Below the pieces are notes generated by a model that worked only from the letters and a program-made list of their open reading frames with translations, searched no databases and was not told the DNA's origin. Below, one piece after another: positions 34,846 through 47,249 of a DNA stretch of 52,798 nucleotides. Each line of letters begins with the position of its first letter. The stretch's first letter is position 1. A program made the position numbers and the translations under genes. This stretch comes from Halocafeteria seosinensis (taxonomy: Eukaryota): contig LVLI01000604.1 in the NCBI GenBank assembly GCA_001687465.1, forward strand, positions 1 to 52,798. The letters run 5' to 3'.

Positions 34846-36110
34846 TCTGCTCTGTTGTCCGCTCACAAAATGTGCAATAAAGTGCTTGCACTCAATGAAT
34901 GGAATGAAGGAACTTCACTACATACGTGTGTTCGCCGTCGAACACCACAGACCCACGATGCGCAGTTCAGACAGTTTTTTGGACAGCATCGACTTACTTC
35001 AAGACTGAGAGCCCACTAGAATTGCGGGCATCAAACTTCGAATGCTTAGGTGGGTAGTCAACAAGCACTGGAGAAACTTTACAACTACCGTGCATCATGG
35101 GCAGCTGTCAGACCGTCGGGACCCTTCGGTTCAATACCCTTCGGTTGTAACAACACAGGCGGTTACAACGATCTCGGTGGCCCAGAATGAAGTGTGTTCG
35201 AAAAAGAAGTTGTGTTACTAGATCTACCCTGGGATGTGTGCCATCCGATGTATCATAATGTACCGGTATGACGTGTTGTCTGGTCGGAAATGTGCAATAA
35301 AGTGCTTGCACTCAATGGAATCCCACCACGCACTGTACTGCGTGTTCGCTGTCATACAAAGAACGAAGATGCACAGTTCAGACGGTTCTTGCCGGAGGGC
35401 TATTTGTGATAATCTGTCATACGTGTGGGTGTGTTCTTTTTATAGTGCCGAATTACTTCAAGAATAAAAATTGCGGGCATGAAGGTTCGAATGGACTGCA
35501 GCGGGTTCAACTACTGTGAGACAGGCTTCGGTTGTTACAACACAGTGACCTTGTTGGACAAGATTGACACTGGGTATTCAAAAAATTGTTCGAACGCGAC
35601 CGTCTTGTGTCCCCAGGACCCGAGGCTACTCTGTACACCCACAACGCCTATGCCTTCCACAACTTGGAACTCGGACTAGACTTCGCAACTTGATTCCGTG
35701 CAAGCACGATGAGAAAACAAACTTTCTGTCGTCCAATGACTCAAATGCCACGAAAGAGTCCCTATGTTTATTTCGGTTGTCTGCTCGGAAATATGGGAAG
35801 CAGTGCTTACACTCAATGGAATCCGCCAGCACCTTAGGAACTTCACTGCAGTAGGTGCGCGCGGTTCTCCGTTCAGGCACTTTCTTGGGACGGAACGGAC
35901 CTTCTTCAAGAATGAGGGTCCCACTAGAATTGCGAGGGTCAAACTTCTAATGTTTAGGTGGCACTGCGCAGTCAACAACTGCGAAAGAGACTTCCGACTA
36001 CATGTTACCTTGGTAACTGGGCTTCGGTTGTTGAAGAGAGAGTCTGCTTGGAAGATCTTGGTGGAGTGTTTAAAAAATTGTTCGAACTCGACTATCCTGT
36101 GTATCCGACA
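34846..36110. repeat. Three-copy degenerate tandem repeat, unit ~420-500 bp
   Basis: Ordered shared blocks in each unit: aaatgtgcaataaagtgcttgcactcaatg (~34868, ~35288, variant ~35789), aattgcg..aaacttc (~35020, ~35469, ~35928), cttcggttgt (~35139, ~35526, ~36022). Confidence 0.75.
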
Positions 36111-36125
36111 ATTTAATATGATAAG

Positions 36126-36752
36126 CTATACGTAGTGGCGCCTAAAGTTGTTTCTCTGAACAAGGTCCTTGATTCTCTTTTCTAAAAATTCATCATGGAT
36201 TGGATTTCCGTTGAGATAGATCGTAGTCAAGGTCCTGTTGTGAGGCAAGGCGTCCGCAAGGGCTTGAGCACCCACATCAGTTATTTGGTTCCCACTTAAG
36301 TAAATCTCAGTTAATGCTCTGTTACGGTGCAGAGCATTGGCTAAACAGCGAGCACCCGTATCCCCGATTCGGTTTCTGTCCAAATCAATGAACGTGAGCG
36401 TTGACCCACTATGCAAAGCACTAGCTAAGGATTGGGCACCTTTATCGCCTATTTGATTCCCAATCAAATCAATCCTCGTCAATGTGTTGTTGGCATGTAA
36501 GGCATGGGCCAATGATTGTGCTCCCCCGTCACCGATTTGGTTTTCTCCCAGATGAATCCAAATCAAAGCTGTGTTGCGCCGCAAGGCGTCTGCTATGTTT
36601 CGTGCGTCATCATCATTCAAGTTCTGGTTAGTGAGGTCCGATCCCGTATCCGTATACTGTGGATCATTCTGGAAAATACGCTGAATACTCAGCTGAATCC
36701 CCTGAGGCCCGCGTCGGCGGTTTTCGTGAGGCGTGCTTGTCGCCGTTCCCAT
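36126..36752 (-). CDS. Small ribonuclease-inhibitor-type LRR protein (NLRC3-like 28-aa repeats)
   Basis: Repeats NTxLxxIxLxxNQIGDxGAQxLAxAL; start MGTATS (myristoylation-type); intronless. Confidence 0.85.
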   Translation of the reverse strand: MGTATSTPHENRRRGPQGIQLSIQRIFQNDPQYTDTGSDLTNQNLNDDDARNIADALRRNTALIWIHLGENQIGDGGAQSLAHALHANNTLTRIDLIGNQIGDKGAQSLASALHSGSTLTFIDLDRNRIGDTGARCLANALHRNRALTEIYLSGNQITDVGAQALADALPHNRTLTTIYLNGNPIHDEFLEKRIKDLVQRNNFRRHYV

Positions 36753-37642
36753 TGCTCGTCCCGCACAGTGCAGAAATGGTACGTGATCCAATGGATAAGG
36801 GAGACCATAGGAATAGCTTCATCAAGAGTATGTATCCGTTTTGTTAGCACTCTTATGATGCCCACTGGCATTACCCAGGCGCCATACACTGCAGTTGTGA
36901 ATCACAGTTTGTGCGCCTGGTCGCAACTCGGACCATCATCCTCTCCAGAATCTTCGTGGCACAGCGCCACATCGTAATCAATATTTGAACTTTTTCAAAC
37001 TGGTGGTATCTATGTGTATACTCTGCAGGCATGACAAAGTACGTGCGTAATGCATACAGTACAGTACATGTATTTACGTTAAACGGCTACAAAACAAGGC
37101 ACTGATTGAGGAATCGGACTTCCGTTCCTGGTCCTCACGCCCTGTACGGCAGCCCTCAATTTACTGACTTAAAATAATTACGGCAGCTACACTCAAAATA
37201 GTGCGCGTATTAACCATATTGTGGCCTGACGGCGTAGCACACACATGTGACAGATCCCCAAATTAAAATTGAAAGTTTCAATGGAAAACTTGTCATACCG
37301 GTTGTAAATGTATATTCCAAATTTTACAGGTAGCAATGCTACCTTACACAGTGGTTCATACTTCCAAAAGAAAAGTATCAGTCCCAACTTTTAACTATCT
37401 CCAAATTGAATCGAAAAGTTCCAATGGGGACTACTGTTGTAGTTCGGAACTACTAGTTCCAGTGCTTCCCGGGATCCGGGATCGCCGCCCGGCATCTGCC
37501 GGGAATGACACATGATTCATTAGGGATTTCATTGCATATATATTGTACAGACGATGTCCGTTGTTGTTCTGAGAAACTGAAAACAGTTGCATCCATTGGC
37601 AGCGCGTGATTTGGTCGTCTAGAGAAACAGAATCGGGGAAAA

Positions 37643-37978
37643 ATGGTCCGTCTTCAGGCCCCGGAACTGAAAAAATTTATGAATCGTCGATTGCGTATCG
37701 GATTAAATGGGAAACGATGCGTCGAGGGCACTCTACAGGGTTATGATCAATATATGAACTTGGTGCTGGAAGATTCCATCCAAGTCCCAGCGCCTGGAAC
37801 TGGGATTTCACCCGAGCAAGAGGATAAACGTGGACCCCAATTAGGCACAATTGTGAGTTAAATGATGCTCTTCTCACACCATACAGCGTATTGACTTGAA
37901 TGATGTTCGTTTGAGACTCTGCAGGTGATTCGAGGAAATAGTGTGATTCAAGTAGAATACCTGGAAAAATGGCTGTGA
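37643..37978 (+). CDS. SNRPG: Small nuclear ribonucleoprotein G (SmG)
   Basis: PELKKFM..LNGKRCVEGTLQGYDQYMNLVLED (Sm1). Intron 37853-37924, then VIRGNSVIQVEYLE (Sm2). Confidence 0.92.
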
Positions 37979-38598
37979 GCGCGTACAGGATATTCATTCG
38001 TGGAGGAGTTTCGAGCTCTATATTTATTAGATGGATTGGCTATGAACCTGTAGTACTGATTGAAAAAGAGGGCATAAGGAGGGGTAGACACACACCGATT
38101 GTTTCATATGCAAAACTTTCGACGTATACACACATACTATGCGGTGGGAACTTCGGGGGAAGTGAAGCAACCTTGACCGACTCCTTGGAGTGAATGATAA
38201 TACACAAACCACTGGGGACTAGGCAAGCAATAGAAGTAGCGATAAGTTTTAGATTTGTATACTATATCGTATCATCGATTTCTTTCATTGACGGTGTATT
38301 TTGATTCTCTGGTGAGTAAAGCGACGGTAGGGGTGGCGGTGAACTTGACGGTAGGATTTCAGATCCTGAGCTGTTGTGAGATATATTCTCCCCATAGCGT
38401 ACCTAGTACTTAAAACGGGGCGAAAGTAAATCCGTCATGTTTCCATCCGAACATATCAAAAGCAAAGCATTACAGGATACCTTAAACCAAAGCATCCCTC
38501 ACAGAAGTTGGTTCCCCTCCTCTGATGAGAAAGCTCCACCATACAAAGACAGAGCAATCATGAAAAAACTAAGGAGATGAACATTTCTGTAGAACTTC

Positions 38599-39263
38599 TT
38601 ATGCTTTAGTGTAGATGAGTTGGTTCCTGGATTTGAGCACTTGGCGGATCATGCCTTTCTCGTGTAATTCCTGGATGGAAGCCCTGGCGACGGATCCGTT
38701 GACTTTCAGCCTCTCCGAGATCCCGGATGTGGTAATCAATTTCATCTTGGGGATTTCCTTCAACAATCGCTGGTACGTCTCTTGGTCGTATAAGACTGCA
38801 TTATTCAATTTTTCACGGGTCTTCCCCTTGGACCATTTCTTACGTTTGCCTTTGCCACCGCTCGTGGCAGCACGAGCTTTTTGCTCCTTGGACTTGATTT
38901 GTTGCTTTGCCTGCACACATTTATCAAAAATGGCACGATATAATATAACATAGGACATCGAATACATGCAACTCAATGTATCCCCCCCTCCCCTAGGGGT
39001 GTCAGAAAAACAACAAAAAGGGTTGAGGTCCCCTGCCCCCCTACTCCACAGGGACCCTTTGCGCACAAGGACACCAGCAAATTCAACCTCTCATACACAC
39101 TCCATTAACCACTCGTGCCGCGACACCCAGGGTGAGATGGCATTCTCCTAAAGAAAGTATTTCCATTTGGGGTCATAGACCCTTCCTTCGACAACTCATA
39201 AAGCCGCATAGAGACCCGAAAGCCCTGTTTGTGACGATGAAGTTGGACTCATTCACTTACCAT
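38599..39263 (-). CDS. RPS25: 40S ribosomal protein S25 (eS25)
   Basis: GGKGKRKKWSKGKTREKLNNAVLYD..KLITTSGISERLKVNGSVAR..QLIYTK. First coding exon is the ATG alone (39261-39263), followed by intron 38911-39260 (gtaagt...tgcag). Confidence 0.95.
38911..39260 (-). ncRNA. Candidate intron-encoded structured RNA in the RPS25 intron
   Basis: 350-nt intron, longer than the ~60-140 nt typical here, with nested stems (ggttga/tcaacc 39021-39088 enclosing ggtccc/gggacc; tgcc..ggca). No canonical box C found. Confidence 0.25.
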
Positions 39264-39767
39264 TGTTGTTCCCTGCTTTCTGCTGCTCTAAGCAATCCAC
39301 AAAACCAGAGATATACAATCAACCTCTCAGGTTAACTCCTTTCTGGTACCTTGAAGGTGTAATGATAGCATCAAATACACATCCTACCGTCAATGTGCTC
39401 CGTAGTCTCCCTTCAAAAACTACAAAAAAGGTCCAGGGTCACTCCCGTAGGGGGGCCTTATAGGAGCCCGGAAAGGGACTACTTCTTTTCCGGGCCGCGT
39501 CCCGGGAGACACTCTCACAAAAGATTGTCGCCTCGGAGACCCCGCTGAAATGGAACGAGGAATCCAAACCCCACGCTGAAGAGCAGTGAACACTGCAAGC
39601 ATCGTTGGTCATCCACTCGGAATCGAAAAGAATTTAGTCTTTCATTTGAAGAATTTTTGAAACTTTTTGAATTCCTGTCCTAGATCATTTGAAGTTTTAC
39701 TCGGGTTCTCTGCGGACGGACGGCATTAGGTTGTTTTGGTGTGTATGTATATGACATTAACGAGAAA
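39264..39767. promoter_or_regulatory. Shared divergent promoter region of RPS25 and VPS29
   Basis: Head-to-head ATGs ~500 bp apart; contains inverted repeat gcccggaaag-N-cttttccgggc at 39466-39495. Confidence 0.55.
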
Positions 39768-40618
39768 ATGACAGAAGTAGGCGATGTAAGTGCTCTTCGA
39801 TTGGATGACAGAAAGAATTATTCTTTATCTAATGGAATTAACCGGCTCGGGGTTCTCTTCTTTTCATGCAGCTAGTTTTACTGATTGGAGATATGCATAT
39901 CCCTCAACGAGCTCATGGATTGCCCGAGAAATTCAAGGAGATATTGCTTCCTGACAAAATGAGATACGTAGCATCGACGGGGAACTTATCGACAAAGGAA
40001 CAGTTGATGGAACTGAAGCAACTTGCTCCTCATGTTACCGCTGTTAGAGGAGAATATGATGAGGTGAGCAATCCCCCGGTCGGCACTTTGTAAGTTGACT
40101 GACTTGTTGTATGTTGCGCAGGATTCGAGCTTACCTGAGCGAGATACTTTGCGTGTTGGGGATTTTGAAATCGGAGTCTGTCATGGGCATCAGGTAATTC
40201 CTTGGGGTGATCCAGATGCGTTAGCCGCCTTACAGAGAGAAGTACGTGCTGCTGTCATTGCTCCCACTAGATGCGGTTGACCAATAATGATGTATGAACT
40301 GGTTTCCAGATGGGCGTTGATATATTAGTGACGGGAGGAACACATTCTAACAGTGTGACGGAATACGAAAAGAAACATTTCATTAATCCAGGATCGGCTA
40401 CCGGAGCCTTCGCCTCCACTGGCCAGTAAGTAGCTCGGTCCTTACTCGCCAGCTGTACAGGCAAACTCCAACGTGTTGCCGGACGCAGACAAACAATACC
40501 TTCATTTGTGCTACTCGTTATTAGGGGATCACATTGCGTATGCTACGTATATGAGCTTCATGGGGACAAGTTAAATATCTCGAAGAGCGAATTCTCCAAA
40601 GATAGCAACAGTGATTAG
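39768..40618 (+). CDS. VPS29: Vacuolar protein sorting 29 (retromer subunit), 5 exons
   Basis: [25 protein letters not shown] | [14 protein letters not shown] | [20 protein letters not shown] | PSFVLL..YVYEL; four GT-AG introns give an open frame. Confidence 0.95.
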
Positions 40619-40800
40619 TGCACAGACAAGTAATGTCAATAGTCAATTTATCAAGTCCAACACAAGCAGAATTATACCACCTTATACGAAAATGGTGCTT
40701 AACAATACGCACCTGTAACATGCAAGTTAACTATACGTGTCTGTATCCGAAGACCGCCCAAGTCGTCACTTTAAGTATCGTCTGTACAGTATCCGTGACT

Positions 40801-42684
40801 CTATTGGGCAGTGATTTCTTGCTTGTCTTTCTTACCACGAACCCGACTCCACAGTGACTTCAAATACGATAATTTGCCTTGATGTGCCGCCTTGTCTGCA
40901 CCTGCTGTATCTTGCTGTGGTGAACTATAGTTCAAGTTAATATTCCTTTGTGGTGAGGACACTCCAAATTTCTCCTCTTCACATCCGCTAGACGTACCAT
41001 GCCTCCTTGAGCGCCGCGGAGAAGATCGCCTGAAGTGACCGACTTCTTGTGGAGACTGTACATTGCCCGGGCTCTTTGTGGAAGGGTCCGCGATCCCATC
41101 ATCCCCATTTGAGTGGTTTGAAAGCTGCTCTTGTGGGGACAATTCCGAGGCACATGAGGAGTATTCTGATTCTACCGTTGCCAAATCGCAGAGGGCGCAT
41201 ACTTCCAAATCTGTGCTATTTCCCTTCTCCTCTTCGACGTTGCCTGCCTCATTCATATTGTTGGAACTACCTTGCGCCATTAGATTTCCGGCACTGGAAT
41301 GGCAGCTCTCCGCGTCTTCCGCAGGAGATAAGCTCCTAGATGCAGGTTCCTGTGTCTCTCTCTCCTCACCCTCCGTCCAAGGGTGCATAACAGCTTCACC
41401 AACTGTAATCCTTTTGACCGGGTCTACACAAAGCAGGCTTCTAATAAGCTCTCGTAAGCTGTGACTCATGTCTTCAGGCCAAGTAAACTTGTACCGTTGC
41501 CGGGATGCTTCACGGTATTTCTCTTTTAACCTTCCCTTATCGATAAGTTTTTCTCCTTCCGGGGTCTTTTTATTATTGCTGTGAATGATTTTATTGACAA
41601 GCCGAAGCATCTCGTCTTCTTGTTTAGTCGCTCGCAGGAATGCAATGAAGTATGGATCCTCAATCGACGCCTTGTGGAACGGCGGNCGTCCAGCAACACA
41701 CACGTACGTGAAGACGCCGATACTCCACGCATCTGCTGTGAACGCATCCCACGTGAAACTTGGCCGTAAATCAACGTCGGGATTATGTTGAACAATAACT
41801 TCCGGAGCTGCGTACATGGCAGTACCAGCCACGGTGCGACTAGGAGCAACCCTGCTCTTTGGCTCTGTTACAATGCTGGAGCCCCAGTCAGCCAATCGGA
41901 CATGCCCGTCCATTCCAACCAGAACATTTTCTGGTTTCAGGTCACAGTGTGCCACACCACAATTTTGTGCAAAGGCTACAGCTGTACATAGTACAAAGAA
42001 AAACCAAAATTTATACTCTACCCGTAACTTAACGGGATTCTTGTATAAAGGCTGCCTTACCTTGCATCACTTCGACGACGCAGCGTCTACCGACATCTTC
42101 CCCCAATCCTCCTTCAGCTTTCTTTATTTGAGAGAGTACATCCGATTGGCATAATTCAACCGGTAAACAAATATGGTTCCGTATCCTGGGGTAGCTTGTA
42201 TCTTCTCCAAGAACCGGGTCCTTGGGGTCTATATTTGCAATATCACATTCTTCGGGCAAACTCAATGGTGCCCATGCTTTCAGTATAAACGGGCATTTCC
42301 AACAGAGTCTCCTATACTGCAAGCAAAGAAGCATTAAATTAGTGTTGTTGTTGAGTCAGTTCCTCCGTGCTTCTTCCCGCACCGAGCGCGTGCGCAAACT
42401 ATGCTACTTACGGCTAGCAGTTCCTGTAGTTTATCCGCCGGTTTAGTCGAGCGAAAGATTTTCACTCCTATAAGTTCATCCGCCTCTTCATCGTACCCTG
42501 TCTGTGCTAGATATATTGACGCTTGCCCTCCACTATTCAACCGCCTCTGTGAAATACAAGCAATGAACAAGATANTCTTCAAAAAAAAAAGATCCATGCT
42601 CCCCCAGTGGTCGCTGCTTACCTTGATTACCACGACTATGTCAGGCTCGTCATCTCCAGCACCGGCAACAACCCCTGATGACAT
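40801..42684 (-). CDS. Ser/Thr protein kinase (CAMK-like), at least 4 exons
   Basis: Introns 42547-42621, 42317-42411 and 41982-42060. Motifs SGGQASI, GVK, HCDLKPEN, DWG, GTAMYAAPE, DAWSIG, DPVKRIT. The 5' end may extend further upstream. N bases at 41686 and 42575. Confidence 0.88.
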
Positions 42685-45600
42685 CCTCTATATATGCGTG
42701 TAGCTTGTATGTACGCAGTTTGTGCTATATAACTGTGCGGGGAGTCACTCGAGGGCTCTCGCTAAAACCGGTTGAGTCAGCCTATTTTCCAGGACTCAGG
42801 TCTGCAAATATCCACAACAATAATGTGGCTCACCATATCTCAATACACCTCAATCTATCTATCCATCTATAATCAACCCCACATCCGTCATTCGGTGCTG
42901 TGCTGCCACGGTGGAAGAAGCCAGCTAAGAACATTGAAGTGCCCTTTCCGCACAAAGTCCGGAACCAACCAACCAACCAACATTTGAAAAAAAAATAAGC
43001 CAGATGCAGGGCACGCTGCCGCAGGCCCTGCCACCTGTTCTCGTCGGGATCTTTCATGAGAACCCTTACAAATCCAGAGCAGAACAACAGGACGATCACC
43101 CGCCCCTTTTCATAGCACAGGAACTGCGTCGCGCCTTCAATGATGCTGCTCATATACGTGTACTACGCAGCCAAGGGTTGCGATCCCTGGTCCATGGCTT
43201 TTCCGTTGGCGTGCACTCGAGTTGCTTCGCTCCACCCTTCAGGGTTCGAATACACACCCACGAACCATGTGTCCCCACTCATCTACACACCCTTCACGCG
43301 CGTGTATTATCGTGGTTTGCATGCGCTCCATGCATGAAACCATCACCCAACCCAAGCAAGATATAACCGTGCCCAGCGACCCTACCAAAACAACAAAAAG
43401 GCTCTTCAAGGGGGATCCAAGGGGACCCAGCGTCCTCCCCGGCACGAAAGAATACGCCAAGCTAGCTACGTGTGGATGAGCTAATAAACATACCTTCTGC
43501 TAGACACACACGATAGATATTGCCTGTGTCTCTCTCCGACAAGAGGGAATAACCAACAAACAACTCTCTTGGAGCTTCCAGACTGCACGTCTCCCCCGCA
43601 GCAATCCGTGCCAGAGGGTGCGGCACACGGTTTCAACCGAAGTCCGCGTCGCTTTTTGAAGGAAAGGATCCGCGTTCGAGAATTTTAACCGCCCACGCAA
43701 GGATCCCCTTTGTAGCCTGCAGGTACCAAGACACCAAATACACACACATACATGTGAAATAGCGACGAGAACGACAAGGATGTGTACGTGTCCACAGCGG
43801 ATATACACGGAGTACTTGGCGAAACAGGGAATAGACGATATACACAAAAACAGTGCAGCTGCTTCAACAACCGCATTAAAGCCAGCTGGGATGTGACAGG
43901 TTCAACCTCTTCGCCAGAATCGACACCTAAGAAGAACACAGTTACACAAGGATGCTCAAAATGCCCGTTGGAAATAGAATAGAACGACTGGTTTCCCTCG
44001 TCAGGAATTGGAGAACTAGAGTAGCCAGAAACTAGCCTCAAATTCGGCGACGCCGCTTCAATTTGCACAAAACGCTTTGAGTTCTCTGTCTGTCTCTGCC
44101 ATCATTTTCGTTTCCCATGTTTCCTACTTTTAGTTTTCCATAAAGGTTGTCTGCATGTCATGCGCGATGAAAGACCTCGAATCGCTGAAGTCGCGAGTCA
44201 ACTGCAACCCTGCTTCAACGATAAAACGCAACATATGATATCTCTCCCCCAATCCAAATCGGTATCGCAACTCTTACACACCCCAAAATTACAGACAACT
44301 CGAGCCAGCAGTGCTTGTGCTTAGATCAGTGTGGTATGTGCGTGTGCTTGGTCGTCCTTGCCATACTGCTTTCCAAAACTACGTTCTCTTTGGTGCATCA
44401 TCATCCATCGGGAATTTCAAGCATACTGATCTCCTTTTCTCTCTCTTTTCTTCAGCTTTACATTAGCATCTGTAGGTGTTGTACAAGCGCAGATCAATCG
44501 TCGTCCGAGCCGACCTAAACCTCGTGACGCGTGAGTCAAGTCGAAACATCTCCGACGTATGATAAACGGCCATCATCAACTCAATCCTAAGCTTATAAAA
44601 TAAGCTTTCTCATGGTAATCTTTCTACACCCATAGGAATAGGAGTTTGGGCAGCTCTGTTCACTACTTGCCGGTATGCTTCCAGAAGGGTGTGTGTGTGG
44701 GTGTGTGTTTCCATGATGCTCTCCCTGGAGAGAAAAACAAGCCCGAGCTTCTCTATACGTGTAATCGCTACACACGACATTCCAATCGCATTCTTCTCTC
44801 CTCGTGTCGTCGTGAGAAATTGTACTCTGGATTCCTGAACATCAAATGCGTCAGAAGGATTTCCTCAGTTGCATTGCTCCCTGGATACCCTAGAGCTCCC
44901 TCGACGAAACCTCGATCAGCTTTGAGTGGTTTATCATCATCAGAATGCAGTGAATACAACAACAGCAGGCATGACGTCTATAGAGACGGCAGAAAGGTCA
45001 TTCAAAGCAATGATTACTTCCTCACAAGTGCTTTCGATTCCTCCCACATCAGTCAGTCTGTCCGAAAAAGCGCCGTATTCATAAATGGCTACGCTTATCT
45101 CCATCTTCTTCCCCATTCAATAGGTAGAGATGAACTGAATGCATGGGCTTAACTTTTGATAAAACCGTGCTTCCAGAAAGAAACCGCTTGATGGTTTCGC
45201 CACGGTTGTTTTTCCACAATGCAACCACGCATTCATTACGCCACTCGGCTGGAACACAGTTTTTAGGCTTTTATATAACCAGTGTTCTGAGGTCATCTTG
45301 CGGCCTCCTTTTTCATACAATGTGAAATTTCACCTCGTCCCGTCCCGAGCAACTTTCTTCCTTCCTTCTAGTCCGCGGGGTCACTTCATAGTCCTCCCAA
45401 AAGGGGCAAATGAGCATCCTTGGCATCCCATACTAGTATTATGTATCAATGGAAGAGCCATCAATGTCGTATGGCTTCAATATAGCCCTCTATCACCCAG
45501 ACTGAAAGGCTGACTCTTTGGGCTCTAAACGCTCGTTTCTCTCCTCCAGGGCCCTCATTTCCCCCCTTGATACAGACACAAACCTTCGGACAGGATAGAG

Positions 45601-46050
45601 GACAAAATTATACATACCTCCACGGGTTTAGATCCCCAGTAGCAGTGCTTGAATACACCCTTTCCAAACCTTTCAAAAAAATGAAAAAACCTACTCGGCA
45701 GAGTTGTCCAAGCAACAACAGCAGCTGCTGTGCTGTCGTCTCGTTTCGTATAGATAGACGTGTCTAAATGTGTGTACTTTCCGAACAGACAGAGAGGATA
45801 AATTAACAATCCCAACAATGTCTCTCATCTATATGGTGTGTGTTTGTGTGCATACTATACTGTGTATAGGTTATCGGGCGAAACGGTCATGATGAACTGC
45901 ACCTCCATGTATCCACCACGGCTGTCGGTTGGGATCTAGAGTGTATGGGATCCCCCTGCCCTGCAGCACCGATTGATGGTGGCTGTTCAAGAGAGAGCAA
46001 GCCTCATTCAAGAGGATAAATTGGATAGGAGTGGAGTGCCAGTTTGTTCG

Positions 46051-46865
46051 AGCATTGATCTCATGTGGATACACACTTCCACCGGAGTTTGTGCGGATGG
46101 AACGTGGTAGGTTACGCTGGCTTTCTCACAGCAAGCTAACCTAGCGACTCGGCCCAACTTGTGGGGACGCAAACACTGTCGCTGGGGCGCTTCAGCTGGC
46201 GCTTGATACAGAGCAGGCAATGCGAATGGTGTATCATCTGATGTGGATATCAGTCCTGGGGGTATGCATGATACCACACAGTAAGGGAAGGAACGCCATA
46301 CATACAGTGTAGTGAGTCAACGCTCTCTGGATTCGATGCCTGATGAGTTCTGAAGAATCAGTGCAGACGGAGAGGGTACTGTAGTCATTGGACTGGGGTG
46401 TGTTCGGCGTTATTCAAGGTGCCTTAACTAACACTATAGGTAGGCATTCTTCCGAGACCCCTTCATATACCGTATACGGTACACAATACGGTACATTGTT
46501 CAACGTTGTACAACGTGGCGGCTCAGCTTTCAATTCACGTTCCAGAGCACCCTCCGAAGTCGGCGAGACTTCATACGATCCGTCACTGAATCGTCTATCG
46601 TCTGAGCTATTCATCAGTGGAATCGCACATTGGGTGTTTAGCAAGAGAATGTCCATCTACGTTACGACACCGTGTAGGAGATCTAAGAGTTCAAGAGGGG
46701 GGAAAGAATTAAGTGCTATACAGGTACTGTACAAGATAATTGTTCAGATGGCGGAGATACGAAAGACGTTCGTCGGAAACAACAATCCCCAGTAACTCGG
46801 AAAACAAGCGGATCCTCGTCCACTGGAAGGGCTACCCAGAGGCACGTGGGAACCGGTTTCGTAGC
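46051..46865 (+). mobile_element. Decayed retroviral-type integrase plus chromodomain (chromoviral Ty3/gypsy or Ginger/Maverick-type relic)
   Basis: Ordered fragments across frames: SIDLM, DANTVAGAL, VSSD, DWGVFGVIQGALTNTIGRHSSETPSYTVYG, then ILVHWKGYPEA/TWEP (46812-46860) split by a frameshift. Multiple stops. Confidence 0.6.
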
Positions 46866-47249
46866 TTCAGAAGGACCTGGGCAGCCGCACCTTCTTCGAC
46901 CTCGAGCAGGAGATGTACTTCGATCTGGGCTATGTTGACGAAACTGAGATGGACGGAACTCCTGGGGCGCCACCTCCCGCGTCAGGTGGTGGCTTGTCAT
47001 ATGATCACAACTGTTGCGTCTGGACCAACACTTAATCCTGCCTGCGCTGCTGCAACCGGTCCTGGCGTCGCTGTGGCAGGCTCAGGGCCTTCTTCCAGAT
47101 TGAGCCTCGTGACATCATTGGCGCAGGCATGGCTCCTCTTCCGATGCCTCCTGAGCAAAACCAGTGTTGTGTTCCCTCACGGCGCATGTCAGCAAGGCTA
47201 CAGGAACAGCGGGCCCGTCGCTGCTTAACACGGGCGCATACCGCTCCTA

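Noticed and set aside
44768..45800. Possible glycosyltransferase-92-like fragment (KTVFQPSGV..WLH) on the minus strand
   Set aside because: Single weak motif with stops in all frames; cannot be supported.
46341..46365. CTGATGAG followed by a small hairpin (hammerhead-like)
   Set aside because: No GAAA and no stem III; lies within the integrase relic.
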